DNA of 64,000 bases, from the NCBI RefSeq assembly GCF_963921235.1, contig NC_086097.1:15996001-16060000 (forward strand), written 5' to 3'. The notes below the pieces were generated by a model, which was not told the origin of the DNA, did no database searches, and worked only from the letters and a program-made list of their open reading frames with translations. Within the stretch, counting starts at the first letter, position 1; every line of letters starts with the position of its first letter. Made by a program: the position numbers and the translations under genes. This document shows, piece by piece, positions 40,671-53,407 of the stretch. The stretch comes from Mobula hypostoma (lineage: Eukaryota).

Positions 40671-40789
40671 ACCTCTTCCTAGAGATGCTGCTTGGCCTGC
40701 TGCGTTCACCAGCAACTTTGATGTATGTTGGTTGAATACATATCACACATAATCTGCAAGGATTTGTTGCCCTCTCGTTTATTAAAGAC

Positions 40790-41025
40790 ACAGCACAGTA
40801 GCAGACCCTTCTGGCCCAATGAGCCTGTACTGCCTCAATTACACTCGTGACCAATTAACCTACTAATTCTTTGGAATGAGGGAGGAAACTGGAGCATCCA
40901 GATGAAATGCACACAGTCACTAGCACAATATACTGTACAAACTCCTTACAGACTGAGGCAGAATTGAACCTGCATTTCTGGCACTGTAACATTGTTACAC
41001 TAACTGCTACAGTACTGTGCCACCC
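40790..41025 (-). mobile_element. V-SINE/HE1-like SINE, decayed
   Basis: Reverse-complement similarity to 7119-7370 (accaattaacctac, ggaaactggagcatcc, ctccttacag). Confidence 0.6.
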
Positions 41026-41099
41026 CACTTTATTGTTATTGACCCCAGAAGCTTGTTCAACAATAGCCCACAGTAGGTTACCTGATACCCTGAAGCTTA

Positions 41100-43840
41100 C
41101 ATAGAAACATAGAAAAGCTAAAGCACAATACAGGCCCTTTGGCCCACAAAGCTGTGCTGAACATGTCTCTACCTTAGAGCTACCTAGGCTCTATAGCCCA
41201 TAGCCATAGCCCTCTATTTTTCTAAGCCCCATGTAGCCATTCAGGAGTCTCTTAAAAGACCCTATCGTTTCCGCCTCCACCACCGCCGCCGGCAGTCCAT
41301 TCCATGCACTCACCACTCTCTGCACAAAAAACTTACCCCTGACATCTCCTCTGCACCTAAAATTCCAAGCACCTTAAAACTATGCCCTCTCGTGCTAGCC
41401 ATTTCAGCCTGGGAAAAAGCCTCTGACTATCCATACGATCAATGCCTCTCATTATCTTGTACACCTCTATCAAATCACTTCTCATCGTCACTCCAAAGAG
41501 AAAAGGCTGACTTCACTCAACCTATTCTCATAAGGCATGCTTCCCAATCCAGGCAACATCCTTGTAAATCTCCTCTGCACCCTTTCTATGGTTTCCACAT
41601 CCTTCCTATAGTGAGGCGACCAAAATTGAGCACAGCACTCCAAGTGGGGTCTGACCAGGGTCCTATATAGCTACAACATTACCTCTCGGCTCTTAATCTC
41701 AATCCCACGATTGGTGAAAGCCAATGCACCATATGCCTTCTTAACCACAGAGTCAATCTGCGTAGCTGCTTTGAGTGTTCAACGGACTCGGACCCCAAGA
41801 TCCCTCTGATCCTCCATACTGCCAAGAATCTTACCATTAATACTATATTCTGCCATCATATTTGACCTACCAAAATGAACCACCTCACATTTATCTGGGT
41901 TGAACTCCATCTGCCACTTCTCAGTCCAGTATTGTAACCTGTCAATGTCCCGTTGTAAACTCTGACAGCCCTCCACACTATCCACAACACCCCCAACCTT
42001 TGTGTCATCAGCAAATTTACTAACCCTTCCCGCCACTTCCTCATCCAGATCATTTATAAAAATCACAAAGAGTAGGGGTCCCAGAACAGATCCCGGAAGC
42101 ACACCACTGGTCACCAGCCTCCATGCAGAATATGACCCATCTACAACCACTCCTTGCCTTCTGTGGGAAAGCCAGTTCTGGATCCACAAAGCAATGTCCT
42201 CTTGGATCCCGTGCCTCCTTACTTTCTCAATAAGCCTTGCATGGGGTACTTTGTCAAATGCCTTGCTGAAGTCCATATACACTACATCTACTGCTCTTTC
42301 TTCATCAATGTGTTTAGTCACATCCTCAAAAAATTCAATCAGGCTCGCAAGGTATGACCTGCCCTTGACAAAGCCATGCTGACTATTCCTAATCATATTA
42401 TGCCTCTCCAAATGTTCATAAATCCTGCCTCTCAGGATCTTCTCTATCAACTTACCAACCAATGAAGTAAGACTCACAGGCCTATAATTTCCTGGGCTAT
42501 CCCTACTCCCTTTCTTGAATAAAGGGAACAACATCCGCAACCCTCCAATCCTCCAGAACCTCTCCCGTCCACCTTGATGATGCAAAGATCATTGCCAGAG
42601 GCTCAGAAATCTCCTCCCTCGCTTCCACAGTAGCCTGGGGTACATCCCATCCAGTCCCGGTGACTTATCCAACTTGATGCTTTCCAAAAGCTCTAGCACA
42701 TCCTCTTTCTTAATATCTACATCCTCAAGCTTTTCAGTCCACTGCAGGTCATCCCCACAATCGCCAAGGTCCTTTTCCGTAGTGAATATTGAAGCAAAGT
42801 ATTCATTAAGTCCCTCTGCTATTTCCTCCAGTTCCATACACACTTTCCTACTGTCACACTTGATTGGTCCTATTCTCTCACGTCTTATCCTCTTGCTCTT
42901 CACATACTTGTAGAATGCCTTCGGGTTTTCCTTAATCCTGTCCGCCAAGGCCTTCTCATGGCCCCTACTGGCTCTGCTAATTTCATTCTTAAGCTCCTTC
43001 CTGCTAGCCTTATAATCTTCTAGATTCATATCATTACCTAGTTTTTTGAACCTTTCGTAAGCTCTTCTTTTCTTTTTGACTAGGTTTACAACAGCCTTTG
43101 TACACCACAGTTCCTGTACCTTACCATCCCTTCCCTGTCTCACTGGAATGTACCTATGCAGAACTCCAAGCAAATATACCGTGAACATTTGCCACATTTC
43201 TTCGGTACGTTTCCCTGAGAACATCTGTTTTCAATTTATGCTTCCAAGTTCCTGCCTGATAGCCTCATAGTTCCCCTTACTCCAATTAAACATTTCCCTA
43301 ACTTGTCTGTTCCTATCCCTCTTCAATGCTATGGTACAGGAGATAGAATTGTGATCACCATCTCCAAACTGCTCTCCCACTGAGAAACCCAACACCTGAC
43401 CAGGTACATTTCCCAATACCAGATCAAGTACAGCCTCTGTTTTTGTATCTACATATTGTGTCAAGAAACCTTCCTGAGCACACCTAACAAACTCCACCTC
43501 ATCTAAACCCCTTGCTGTAGGGAGATGCCAATTAATATTTGGGAAATTAAAATCTCCCACCACGACAACCCTGTTATTATTACACCTTTCCAGAATATGT
43601 CTCCCTATCTGCTCCTCGATGTCTCTTTTACTATTGGGTGGTCTATAAAAAACACCTAGTAAAGTTATTGATCCCTTCCTATTCCTAACTTCCACCAACA
43701 GAGACTCCGTAGACAACCCCTCCATGACTTCCTCCTTTTCTGCAGCCATGACACTATCTCTGATCAACAGTGATCAACCCCTACCTCTTTTGCCTCCCTC
43801 CCTATCCTTTCTGAAACATCTAAAGCCTGGCACTTGATGT
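41100..43840 (-). mobile_element. CR1 LINE ORF2, most of its length, frameshifted
   Basis: ORFs 43231-43767 (YRPPN, GDFN), 42589-43224 and 41779-42585 (KFADD); (atagaaac)n tail. Confidence 0.92.
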
Positions 43841-44458
43841 AGCTTCTTCTTTTGTACATATAGTAATTAAAAATATAAACTTAATTGAATAGTCTGGAGG
43901 AACACTTAGTAAACAAGGTAAATGCCGCAAAATTTTGTACTTCCACTCCATCTCTCATGGCCATAAGATTAAACTCCATCATAAAACAGCATTGCATAAA
44001 AAAATCAAAAGAATGTCTAGATATATTTAGAAGAGAAGGATATGAAACTGGGTAGAGGACAGGTGGAATGGAATACATGGAAACGCAAATAAAAGTTCCA
44101 GCAGCGAGAAAAGAAACTATTATTTTATTTTTCTCTCCTTATCTTCTCTACTCGTCACCGATCTAATGCCGTCTCCCAAGTCCACCCCTTCTTACTGTTT
44201 CCATCTGCCTATCAGCTTCCTCCTCACCAATTTGCATCTATCACCTGTCTCATTTCTCCGTCACATCTTTATGTTGGCTACCTCCATTTACCCTGAAAGA
44301 TTGTCTATCTCTTTGCTTCCACGAATGCTGCCCGACCTACTAAGTTCTTCCAGCAGCTTGTTTTTTGCTTCAAATGACAGCATTTGAAGTCTATAGAAAT
44401 GAAAAAGAACTGCTCCATGAAACTTTAAAATATTCAACAGAACAAAGCAGGATTTCAA

Positions 44459-44576
44459 GCAACACACATCAAAGTTGCTGGTGAACGCAGCAGGCCAGGC
44501 AGCATCTCTAGGAAGAGGTGCAGTCAACGTTTCAGGCCGAGACCCTTCGTCAGGACTAACTGAAGGAAGAGTGAGT
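44459..44576 (-). mobile_element. 118-bp Penelope pLTR fragment containing a hammerhead (44520-44560, GUU triplet)
   Basis: Matches the 40612-40734 tail; 14-bp TSD aagcaggatttcaa (44445-44458 and 44577-44590). Confidence 0.88.
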
Positions 44577-45616
44577 AAGCAGGATTTCAACTCAGAACGA
44601 CCTAAATAACGTTGGTAAATAGAGCCAAGGAATTCTGTAGTGGGATCAACCAAACCCAGATTTCTTGGGAAGAACTGTCAGTGCCATTTTCAGTTAATCT
44701 GATGAATGAAAGTCCTTTAAATGTTAGGAATGCTATTGCTATTGTCACATTTCTCACCTTTAGATCTATGTATTCAAAAACTAGTTCCCAAATTTGTACT
44801 TCTACTACCACTCAACATCAAATTCTGCATTTGTTCTCTAGGCAGAACAAATAAGACCTTTTGAATGCTTAGCTTCCCAAGTAAAATGTCTTAAAATGAT
44901 GATGACTGCTGAATGTATGACATTCATCTAGCCTGTTCTGATTTCCTATATTTACAGTAAAGTTCTTCTGATACCGAAATAATCCTTCTAATTCCTTTTA
45001 CTTTTTGGACTGTAGCAGCACCCAGTGACTGAGACAGACAAAGTGTACATTGGTTACAGACTCCAGCAAAGATTACTGTATGTATTGCAGCCAAAAGAAC
45101 ACAGGCAGTGTGTGCATTAACCGACGTGCCTGACCAAACCTATCAAGAGATCAATTTGCAGTGCTGGGTCATATAATACAGACTTCACCATATGGGTCAC
45201 AGCTGCTTTAAATTTAGGGTTGGATGGTTCAAGCCATCAAACAGAAGGATGAACTTTAGTAAGTTTAACAACATACCAGAATAATAGGCAATTTTGATAG
45301 AGTCTTGTCAGAATTAAAGGCTTTGTAGACAAGTTTGTAGATGATATAAATATAGGTGGAAGGCCAGGTAGTTTTAGGATGCAGGGAATCTGCAGAAGGA
45401 CATGAACAAATTGAAAGAATGGGCAAAGTAGCAGATGGAACACAATGTAGGAAACTGTATGATCATGCACTTTAGTTGAAGGAATAAAGGCACAGACTAT
45501 TTTCTAAAGCGAGAATGAATTCAGAAATTGGAGGTGAAAGAGACTTGGGAGACCTAGTGCAAGATTCTCTAAAGGTTAACTTGCAGATTGAGTCAGTGCT
45601 GAGGTATAATTGAAGC

Positions 45617-46020
45617 TTACTTGAAGCAGGTGAGTACGCCAGACAGCCGAAGGAAGAGGTTAAAGATCTCAGTGAACACTCCAGCCAGTTGATCAGCACA
45701 CATGTTTAATATTTGGCCAAGTCCCCCATCTGGGCCAAATGCTTTTTGTGGGTTCACCCTGTTGAAGGCTGCTAGCACATCAGCCTCAGAGACTGAAATT
45801 ACAGGATCATCGAGGGCTGTGGGACTTTGTGATGGTTCTTCTGAATTTTTATGGTTAAAGCGAACATATAAGGCACTGAACTCATTTGGAATTGATACCC
45901 TGTTGTTGCCTACGTCACTTGATTTACATTTATAAGAGGTGACATAATTCAAGCCCTACCAGAAGCATCCTTTGTTGATTCAAGTTTAGTCCAGAATTGC
46001 CACTTCGCCTGTGAGAATAC
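45617..46020 (-). mobile_element. Rex-Babar-like LINE fragment
   Basis: VNPQKAFGPDG..CADQLAGVFTEIFN. Confidence 0.75.
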
Positions 46021-47020
46021 TTCCAGATAGACCTCTTTCGAATTACTCTCACTGTAATCTGCAGCATATAATTTCCCTATAAGCAATGTACTTTTAAATC
46101 AACTAAATGTTCTACAAATTTCACGATCCCCTGAATGACTCAGCAGACCAAGCAGATACAGCACCTTTAAGCAAACAAAAGTTCATCGCCATGGCCATAA
46201 ACAAAGCAGGAGAGTGGGGACTCCAAGCCAGGCTGAAATGCAGAAGGATGAGGCCCCCTCCATCCAGCATCTTGTTAGCAGATGTGCAGTTTCTGGAGAA
46301 CAAAATTGAAGACCTGAGGACAAGATTGTTGTTGAGAGAAATAAGAGATTGCTGTATTCTATGTCTGAGCGAGACTTAGCTTTCTCCAGGCACACCAGAC
46401 ACAGCAATCAAACTGGAAGTCTTCTCGATTTACTGGATGTATTGAATTTCTGATTCGGAAAAGGCAAAAAGTGAATGTGTGTGTTTCATGATATACTCTT
46501 GGTGGTGCTCAATGTGGTGGTTTTGTATAACTCATGTTTTCACCAAATTGCACACCTTTCTGACCAGGCAACATTTTATTCTTTCTTCATAGTATTTGAG
46601 TGTAATTCCTGGATTTCCTTACTTAGTAGCATTGTAGGATGGCGAAAGAATTCACAAAGGTGGTTAAAGCACGTCCTTATGAGCAATAAATGCTGTGTTT
46701 GCACCCATATTCTGAAAAATGAATAAAGTAACTACTGAAAGTTATGTGCTGTTGGTGTCTTGAATTAAATATACCAGGTCATGCATTTCTTGCCTTGTTT
46801 GTCAGATTATAGACTGGACATTTGAGGTCAATAACAAGACCTCAGGCAACATACAACAAGGCTATAAAACCAAAGACTCAAAGCAAGTGGAGTCCTTTGA
46901 GTTTTAGCGCTGAGGACAATGAATCATGCTTCGAAACAACGTAGGAAAAAAAATTACTAATCATTAAGGCAAAAACACTAATTTTTAAATGACAAGATCC
47001 ACTGAGAAGTACTCTCTTAC

Positions 47021-47065
47021 CTCAGAAATAGCTGGACTTTTAAAAAACTTAAGCCGGCGTCCACG
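47021..47065 (-). CDS. CATSPERB: CATSPERB-like internal exon (first in window), RGRRLKFFKSPAISE, phase 0-0
   Basis: Minus strand: actatttctcctag acceptor, 45 nt open, gag|gtaaga donor. Phase fits the next exon. Similarity to the recalled mammalian segment RHSLSFSRADFCGFE is weak and positional only. Confidence 0.6.
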
Positions 47066-49552
47066 CTAGGAGAAATAGTAAAGACGTTTAGATCACATTT
47101 GGCCTAATTTGCAAAAACTTTATTAAAGCAGTTTCCATAATAAATGTAGGTACAGAAATTTATTATATTAAATATATCAAGTCATAAAATTTTGTAAGCA
47201 GCCAGGGTATCCATTTTAATAATATGTAAATAGACATATGGAAGGATCAGTTGACTGAATCTTTAAGAGTAGATGGTCTAGAAGAGTACAGAATGGAACA
47301 AGGTTTAGAAAAAGGACGAAGTAAAAGAGCAAGTGAGGTAAAAGTAGAGAATTCTGGAAACACTCAGTGGTTCAAGCACTGGAAAAACAGTCACCATTTC
47401 AGGTCAATAATCTTTCATCAAAACTGAGAAAAGTTAGGAATCAAACAAGTATACAATTGCAAAGAAGAGGAGGAGTGAAGTAAACTACTGCAGGAATGTA
47501 TGTGCTAGAGTAGAAAATCGAGATAGAATGAATGACAAGGGGCAGATTACTAGCCTTTCCCAATTTAAACAGGAAGGACTGCTTATCTGAAGCAATTGAA
47601 TTCAGTGTTAGCTCCTGATAGATGTAATGTGCCAAATCAGAAAATCAGACACAAACATTCAAGCAAAGAAATTAAAAGCAGAAGTAGGCCATCTGGCTCT
47701 TCAAGGCTGCTCTACTATTTAATAAGATCATGTTTGATCTGAGTTTAACGTCAGCTCCATACCCTACCTAATCCCAGTAACCTTTCACATCTGTGCTTAT
47801 CAAGAATCTATCTTATAAATATCCAAAGACACTACCAAAGAGTTCCAAAGACACACAATCCTCTGAGTAAAAAAATCATCACTTTGCTTTCATAAATGAT
47901 AATTCTTTAATTGAACAAAATGATTCTGGGATGCTGTGCCTCGAGGTTACGTTGAACTTTAGTGGAACAGTGTACACCAAAAAGCACCAAGGTCAATGTG
48001 GAAGTGTAGTGGGTACTAGAATGTCAGAGGCATCCTACGAACTGAACTAAGATTTTCTGTGATGTCACTACCTAATCAGCATGTGGTTCCACCAGTGTAG
48101 AGGAGAGTACATTGTGAGAAATACAGTAAACGGACTAAACAGAGTAAACTAAACTGGAAGTAGCGCAAACGAGTCATGGCTTCACCTGGAAGAAATGTCT
48201 GTGTCCCTGAGTGGTGGGATGGGAAAACTTAAAAAAGGTACATGCTATACAGTAATATGCATGCGAAAACAAGCGAATGTGAACTCAAGAAACGGCATCC
48301 GTTTTCTGACTTGGTACATTACAGCCTTCAGGACATAACACCTAATTCAAAATTTTCATATGATCAAATTTTCCTCTGTATATCAGAACAGTTCCTTACT
48401 CCAAAGATGCTGATTGACCTTCTATGTATTTCCAACATTCCCTGCTTTATTTCAGGCTTTCCAGCATTTCAGTTATTTGCTCTTGAAGAGAAAGAGATGT
48501 GATGAAAATAGCAAATGGAGAAACAAAGAGGACAAAAGGAGGAAAGGAGAGAGAAAAGAGAAGACAACAGAGAATGAAAGAAGACAGAAAGGAGGAGATA
48601 TTAAAAAACTAGGAAGGGAGAACATAAAATGCAGCAAGGTGCAACAAATAAATAGGTAAGGGGACTAATAGGTGAGAAGATGAAGACTTCCAAAAATGAA
48701 GAACAAATGGATATACTTTTGCATAGGGAGTTCAGGGAGTTGGATGCTAAGTTAAAAGCCAGGATCTCCAGGACTGTGACATCAGGATTGCATGCATACC
48801 ACATGCTAGTGAGGCCAAAACTAGGAACATTATACAGTTTGGTACATAGCTAAGGAGTTGCTGCAGGAGGGAGGAAATAAGATTTTTGCATCATTGGGCT
48901 CTCTTCCAGAGAAAATGCAACATGTACAGAAAGGATAGTTTGCACCTGAACTGGAGGGGGACAAATATCCTAGCGGGAAGGTTTGTTAATGCTGCAAGGT
49001 GGTGATTAAACTAGATGTGCAAGGGGTTGGAAATCAGAGTGCCAGAACAGTCAGTGGAGAGGTTCTGGAGGCAGTATTGGTAAGATCTCAGACAAAGTCA
49101 GGCTGAGCATGGTTGAGCATGGTGCAACTAACGTCCTCAGCTGCATTTATTTCAGTGCAAGAACTATTGCAGGAAAGGTAGATGAGCTCAAGGCATGGAT
49201 CAACACCTGGAATTATAATGTTGTAGGCATTAGTGAGACTTGGTTACAGTACAGGCAGGACTGGCAGCTCAATATTTCTAGGTTCCGTTGTTTTGGACAA
49301 GCCAGAGTGGAAAGGATTAAAGGAGGAGGGTTGGCATTACTAGTCAGGGAAAATGTCACAGCAGTGCTCTGTCAGGACAGACGGGAGAACTCAACTAGTC
49401 AGGCATTATGGCTGGAACTGAGAAATAAGAAAAGTATGACCACTTTAATAAGGCTATATTACAGATAACCCAGCAGTCCTCGGGATTTAGAGGAATAAAT
49501 TTGTAAAGAGTCACAGACTGTTGAAAGAAACATATGGTTGTTATAGGAGGCT

Positions 49553-50594
49553 GTAAAAATAGGGGACAAGCTCTCCTCTACAATCACTCTGAGCACTGGT
49601 GCCCCACAAGGCTGTGTACTCAGCCCCCTTCTGTACTCACTGTACACCCATGATTGTGTAGCCAAGTTTCCATCAAACTCAATATATAAGTTTGCTGATG
49701 ATACAACAATTGTAGGCCGTATCTCGGGTAATGATGAGTTTGAGTACAGAGAGGAAATTAAGAACCTGGTGGCATGGCATGAAGACAATAACCTATCCCT
49801 CAATGTCAGCAAGATGAAGGAATTGGTTGTTGACTTCAGAAGGAGTAGCGGACCGCATGACCCAATTTAAATAGGTGGTGCGTAAGTGGAACAGGTCAAA
49901 AGCTTTAAGTTCCTCAGGGTCAATATCACAAATGACCTGACTTAGTCCAACCAAGCAGAGACCACTGCTAAGAAGGTCCACCAGCGCCTTTACTTCCTGA
50001 GAAAACTAAAGAAATTTGGCCTGTCCCCTAAAACCTTCACTAATTTTTATAGATGCACCGTAGAAAGCATTCTTCTAGGGTGCATCACAACCTGGTATGG
50101 AAGTTGTCCTGTCCAAGACCGGAAGAAGCTGCAGAAGATCGTGAACACAGTGCAGCACATCACACAAACCAATCTTCCGTCCTTGGACTCACTTTACACC
50201 ACACGCTGTCGGAGCAGTGCTGCCAGGATAATCAAGGACACGACCCACCCAACCAACACACTTTTCGTCCCTATTCCCTCTGGGAGAAGGCTCAGGAGCT
50301 TGAAGACTCGTATGGCCAGATTTGGGAACAGCTTCTTTCCAACTGTGATAAGACTGCTGAACGGATCCTGACCCGGATCTGGGCCGTACCCTCCAAATAT
50401 CCAGACCTGTTTCTTGGTTTTTTTGCACTACCTTACTTTCCATTTTTCTGTTTTCTATTTATGATTTATAGTTTTAATTTTTAATATTTACTATCGATTT
50501 GTAATCCAGGGAGCGGGAAGAGTAGAATCAAATATCGCTGTGATGATTGTACATTCTAGTATCAATTGTTTGGCAACAATAAAGTATAAAGTAA
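49553..50594 (+). mobile_element. Relatively young Rex-Babar-like LINE 3' part
   Basis: GAPQGCVLSP and YKFADD motifs; (aaagtat)n tail. Same family as 54031-54672. Confidence 0.85.
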
Positions 50595-51716
50595 ATTAAA
50601 GTAGGTAATTTTAACTTTCCATATTGACTGGGAATCTCATACTGTAAAATGATTAGATGGGAAAGAATGTCAAGTGTGTTCAGGAAAGTTTCCTTCATCA
50701 GTACATAGACATCCTGATGAGAGAGCATGTGATACAGGATCTGCTATTAGGGAATGAAACAGGGTAGGTTTCAGAAGTTTGTGTAGGAGACACTTTGCAT
50801 CCACTGGCCACAATTCCATTAGTTTCAAAGTAAACATGCAAAGAGATAGTTCTGGTCCACGGGCTGAGATTCTAAATTGAGGAAAGGCCAATTTTGATGG
50901 TATCAGATATGATCTGGCAAGTGTGGATTGGGACATGATGAAATATGAAAGCAAACTAGCAAATAATATCAAAGTGGATAGTAAAAGTATTTTCAAATAT
51001 GTTAAAAATAAAAGAGAGAGTGGATATAGGACTGCTAGAAAATGAGGCAGGAGAAATAATAACAGGGGACAAGGAAATGGCTGAACTAAATGAGTATTTT
51101 GCATCATTCTTCACTGTGGAAGACACTAGCAGTATGTCTGATATTGTAGTGTGTGAAGGAAGAGAGGTGGGTGCAGTTACTGTTACAAGAGAGAAGGTGC
51201 TCAAAAAGCTGAAAGACCTACGGGTATTTGAGTCACTCGGACCAGAGGAACTGCAACCAAGGGTTCTGAAAGAGGTAGCGTTAGAGAAGTGGTGGCAGTA
51301 GAAATGATCTTTCAAAGATCATTGGACTCTGGCATGGTGCCAGATGACTGGAAAATTGCAAATGCCACTCCACTCTTTAAGAAAGGAGGAAGGAAGCAGA
51401 AAGGAAATTATAGACCAGTTAGCCTGACCTCAGAGGTTGGGAAGATGTTGGAGTCAATTGTTAAGGATGAGGTGATGGAGTACTTGGTGACACAGGAGAA
51501 GATAGTACAAAGTCACCATGGTTTCCTTCAGGTAAAATCCTGCCTGACGAACCTGGTGGATTCTTTGAGGAGATTACAAGTAGGATAGATAAAGGGGATG
51601 CAGTGCATGTCGTATATTTAGACTTTCAGAAGGCCTTTGACAAGGTGCCACACATAAGGCTGCTTACCAAGTTAAGAGCCCGTGGTATTACAGGAAAGTT
51701 ACTAACATGGTTAGAG

Positions 51717-52469
51717 CGCAAACACGAGGAAATCTGCAGATGCTGGAATTTCAAGCAAGATGCATAAAAATTGCTGGTGAACGCAGCAGGCCAGGCAGCA
51801 TAGAGGAGGCCGTGGATAGACATATCAGAATGGGACTGGGACGTGGAATTAAAATATGTGGCCACTGGGAGATCCTGCTTTCTCTGGTGGACAGAGAGTA
51901 GGTATTCAGCAAAACGGTCTCCCAGCCTGCGTCGGGTCTCGCCAATATATAGAAGGCCGCATCTTTACTGTCAAGATGAAACCACACTCAAGTTGGAGGA
52001 ACAACACCTTATATTCCGTCTGGGTAGCCTCCAACCTGCTGGCATGAACATTGACTTCTCTAACTTCCGTTAATGCCCCACCTCCCCTTCGTACCCCATC
52101 CGTTATTTATTTATTTTTTATTTTTATTTTTTTTCTCTCTCTCTCCTTTTTCTCCCTCTGTCCCTCTCACTATACTCCTTGCCCATCCTCTGGGTTTCCC
52201 CCCTCCCCCTTTCTTTCTCCCTAGGCCTCCCGTCTCATGATCCCCTCATATCCCTTTTGCCAATCAATTTTCCAGCTCTTAGCTCCATCCCTCCCCCTCC
52301 TGTCTTCTCCTATCATTTCGGATCTCCCCCTCCCCCTCCCACTTTCAAATCTCTTATTATCTCTTCTTTCAGTTAGTCCTGACGAAGGGTCTCTGCCCGA
52401 AATGTCGACTGTACCTCTTCCTAGAGATGCTGCCTGGCCTGCTGCGTTCACCAGCAATTTTTATGAGTG
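51717..52469 (+). mobile_element. Penelope-like fragment with inverted 5' part and hammerhead (about 52374-52412), inserted in CR1
   Basis: 51717-51960 is antisense tail plus GIY-YIG and 51961-52469 is sense. 14-bp TSD taacatggttagag/taacatagttagag. Confidence 0.88.
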
Positions 52470-52630
52470 TAACATAGTTAGAGTATTGGCTAATTGGTAG
52501 GAGGCAGCGAATGGGAATAAAAGGATCCTTTTCTGGTTTGCTGCCAGTGACTAGTGGTGTTCTGCAGGGGGCGGTGTTGGGACCACTTCTTTTTATGCTG
52601 TATATAAATGATTTAGATGATGGAATAGAT

Positions 52631-53407
52631 CAGCGGTCCCCAACCATCGGGCCACGGACCGGTACCGGGCCGGGAGGAAACGATATGAGTCAGCTGCACC
52701 TTTCCTCGTTCCCTGTCACGCACTGTTGGACTTGAACATAGGGATGCCAACTGTCCCGTATTTGCCAGGACATCCTTTATATTGGGCTAAATTGGTTTGT
52801 CCCATCCGGGACTGCCCTTGTTCCGTATTTCCCCCGCTAAGGTAGAGCCTTCCTATGAAACCTTTTGTGCTGAAATGGCGTAAAGCAAAGAAGCAATCAC
52901 CATTAATTTATATGGGAAAAATTTTTGAGCATTCTCAGACCCAAAAAATAACCGACCAAATCATATCAAATAACACATAAAAACTAAAATAACACTAACA
53001 TATAGTAAAAGCAGGAATGATATGATAAATACACAGCGTATATGAAGTAGAAGTAGTGTATGTACAGTGTAGTCGGGAAGATTAAGCCAAAACTGATCGG
53101 CACGTACGCGCATGCGCACATCACATATACGTATGTCACTCATGCATGCGCACACAGGGGCCCGCGCAAGGCTTCATGGTCATGGTAGTCTTTCCTGGGG
53201 TAAACACAAGTGTCCCAGGATTTGACTGCTACTTCAGTCCCTTATTTCGGAGTGAGAAAGTTGGCGACCCTAACTGTAAAAGACATGTTGAGGTGAGTTT
53301 AACCCAACTTGAACACAACCCCCCCCCCGCCCCCTGGGTCGGCCGGTCTGCAAGAATATTGTTAATTTTAAACCGGTCCACGGTGCTAAATCGGTTGGGG
53401 ACCCCTG
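52631..53407. mobile_element. Non-autonomous hAT (Charlie-like) DNA transposon
   Basis: TIRs cagcggtccccaacc and ggttggggacccctg; perfect 8-bp TSD gaatagat (52623-52630 and 53408-53415). Confidence 0.92.
52739..53307. mobile_element. Second hAT (Blackjack-like TAGGG end) nested in the first
   Basis: TIRs tagggatgccaact and agttggcgacccta; 8-bp TSD cttgaaca (52731-52738 and 53308-53315). Confidence 0.8.

Larger units (their letters stand above)
38136..40734 (+). mobile_element. Penelope-like retroelement (Neptune-type), 5'-truncated RT plus GIY-YIG endonuclease, with an inverted ~550-bp terminal copy
   Basis: LLPKIHK..GRPIVS, GVAMGTRMGPSYA and LRYIDD motifs; PCKRNKCYTC linker; VIYCVRCSRCGLLYIGET. 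Two frameshifts. 15-bp TSD aatacatatcacaca (38121-38135 and 40735-40749). Confidence 0.95.
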
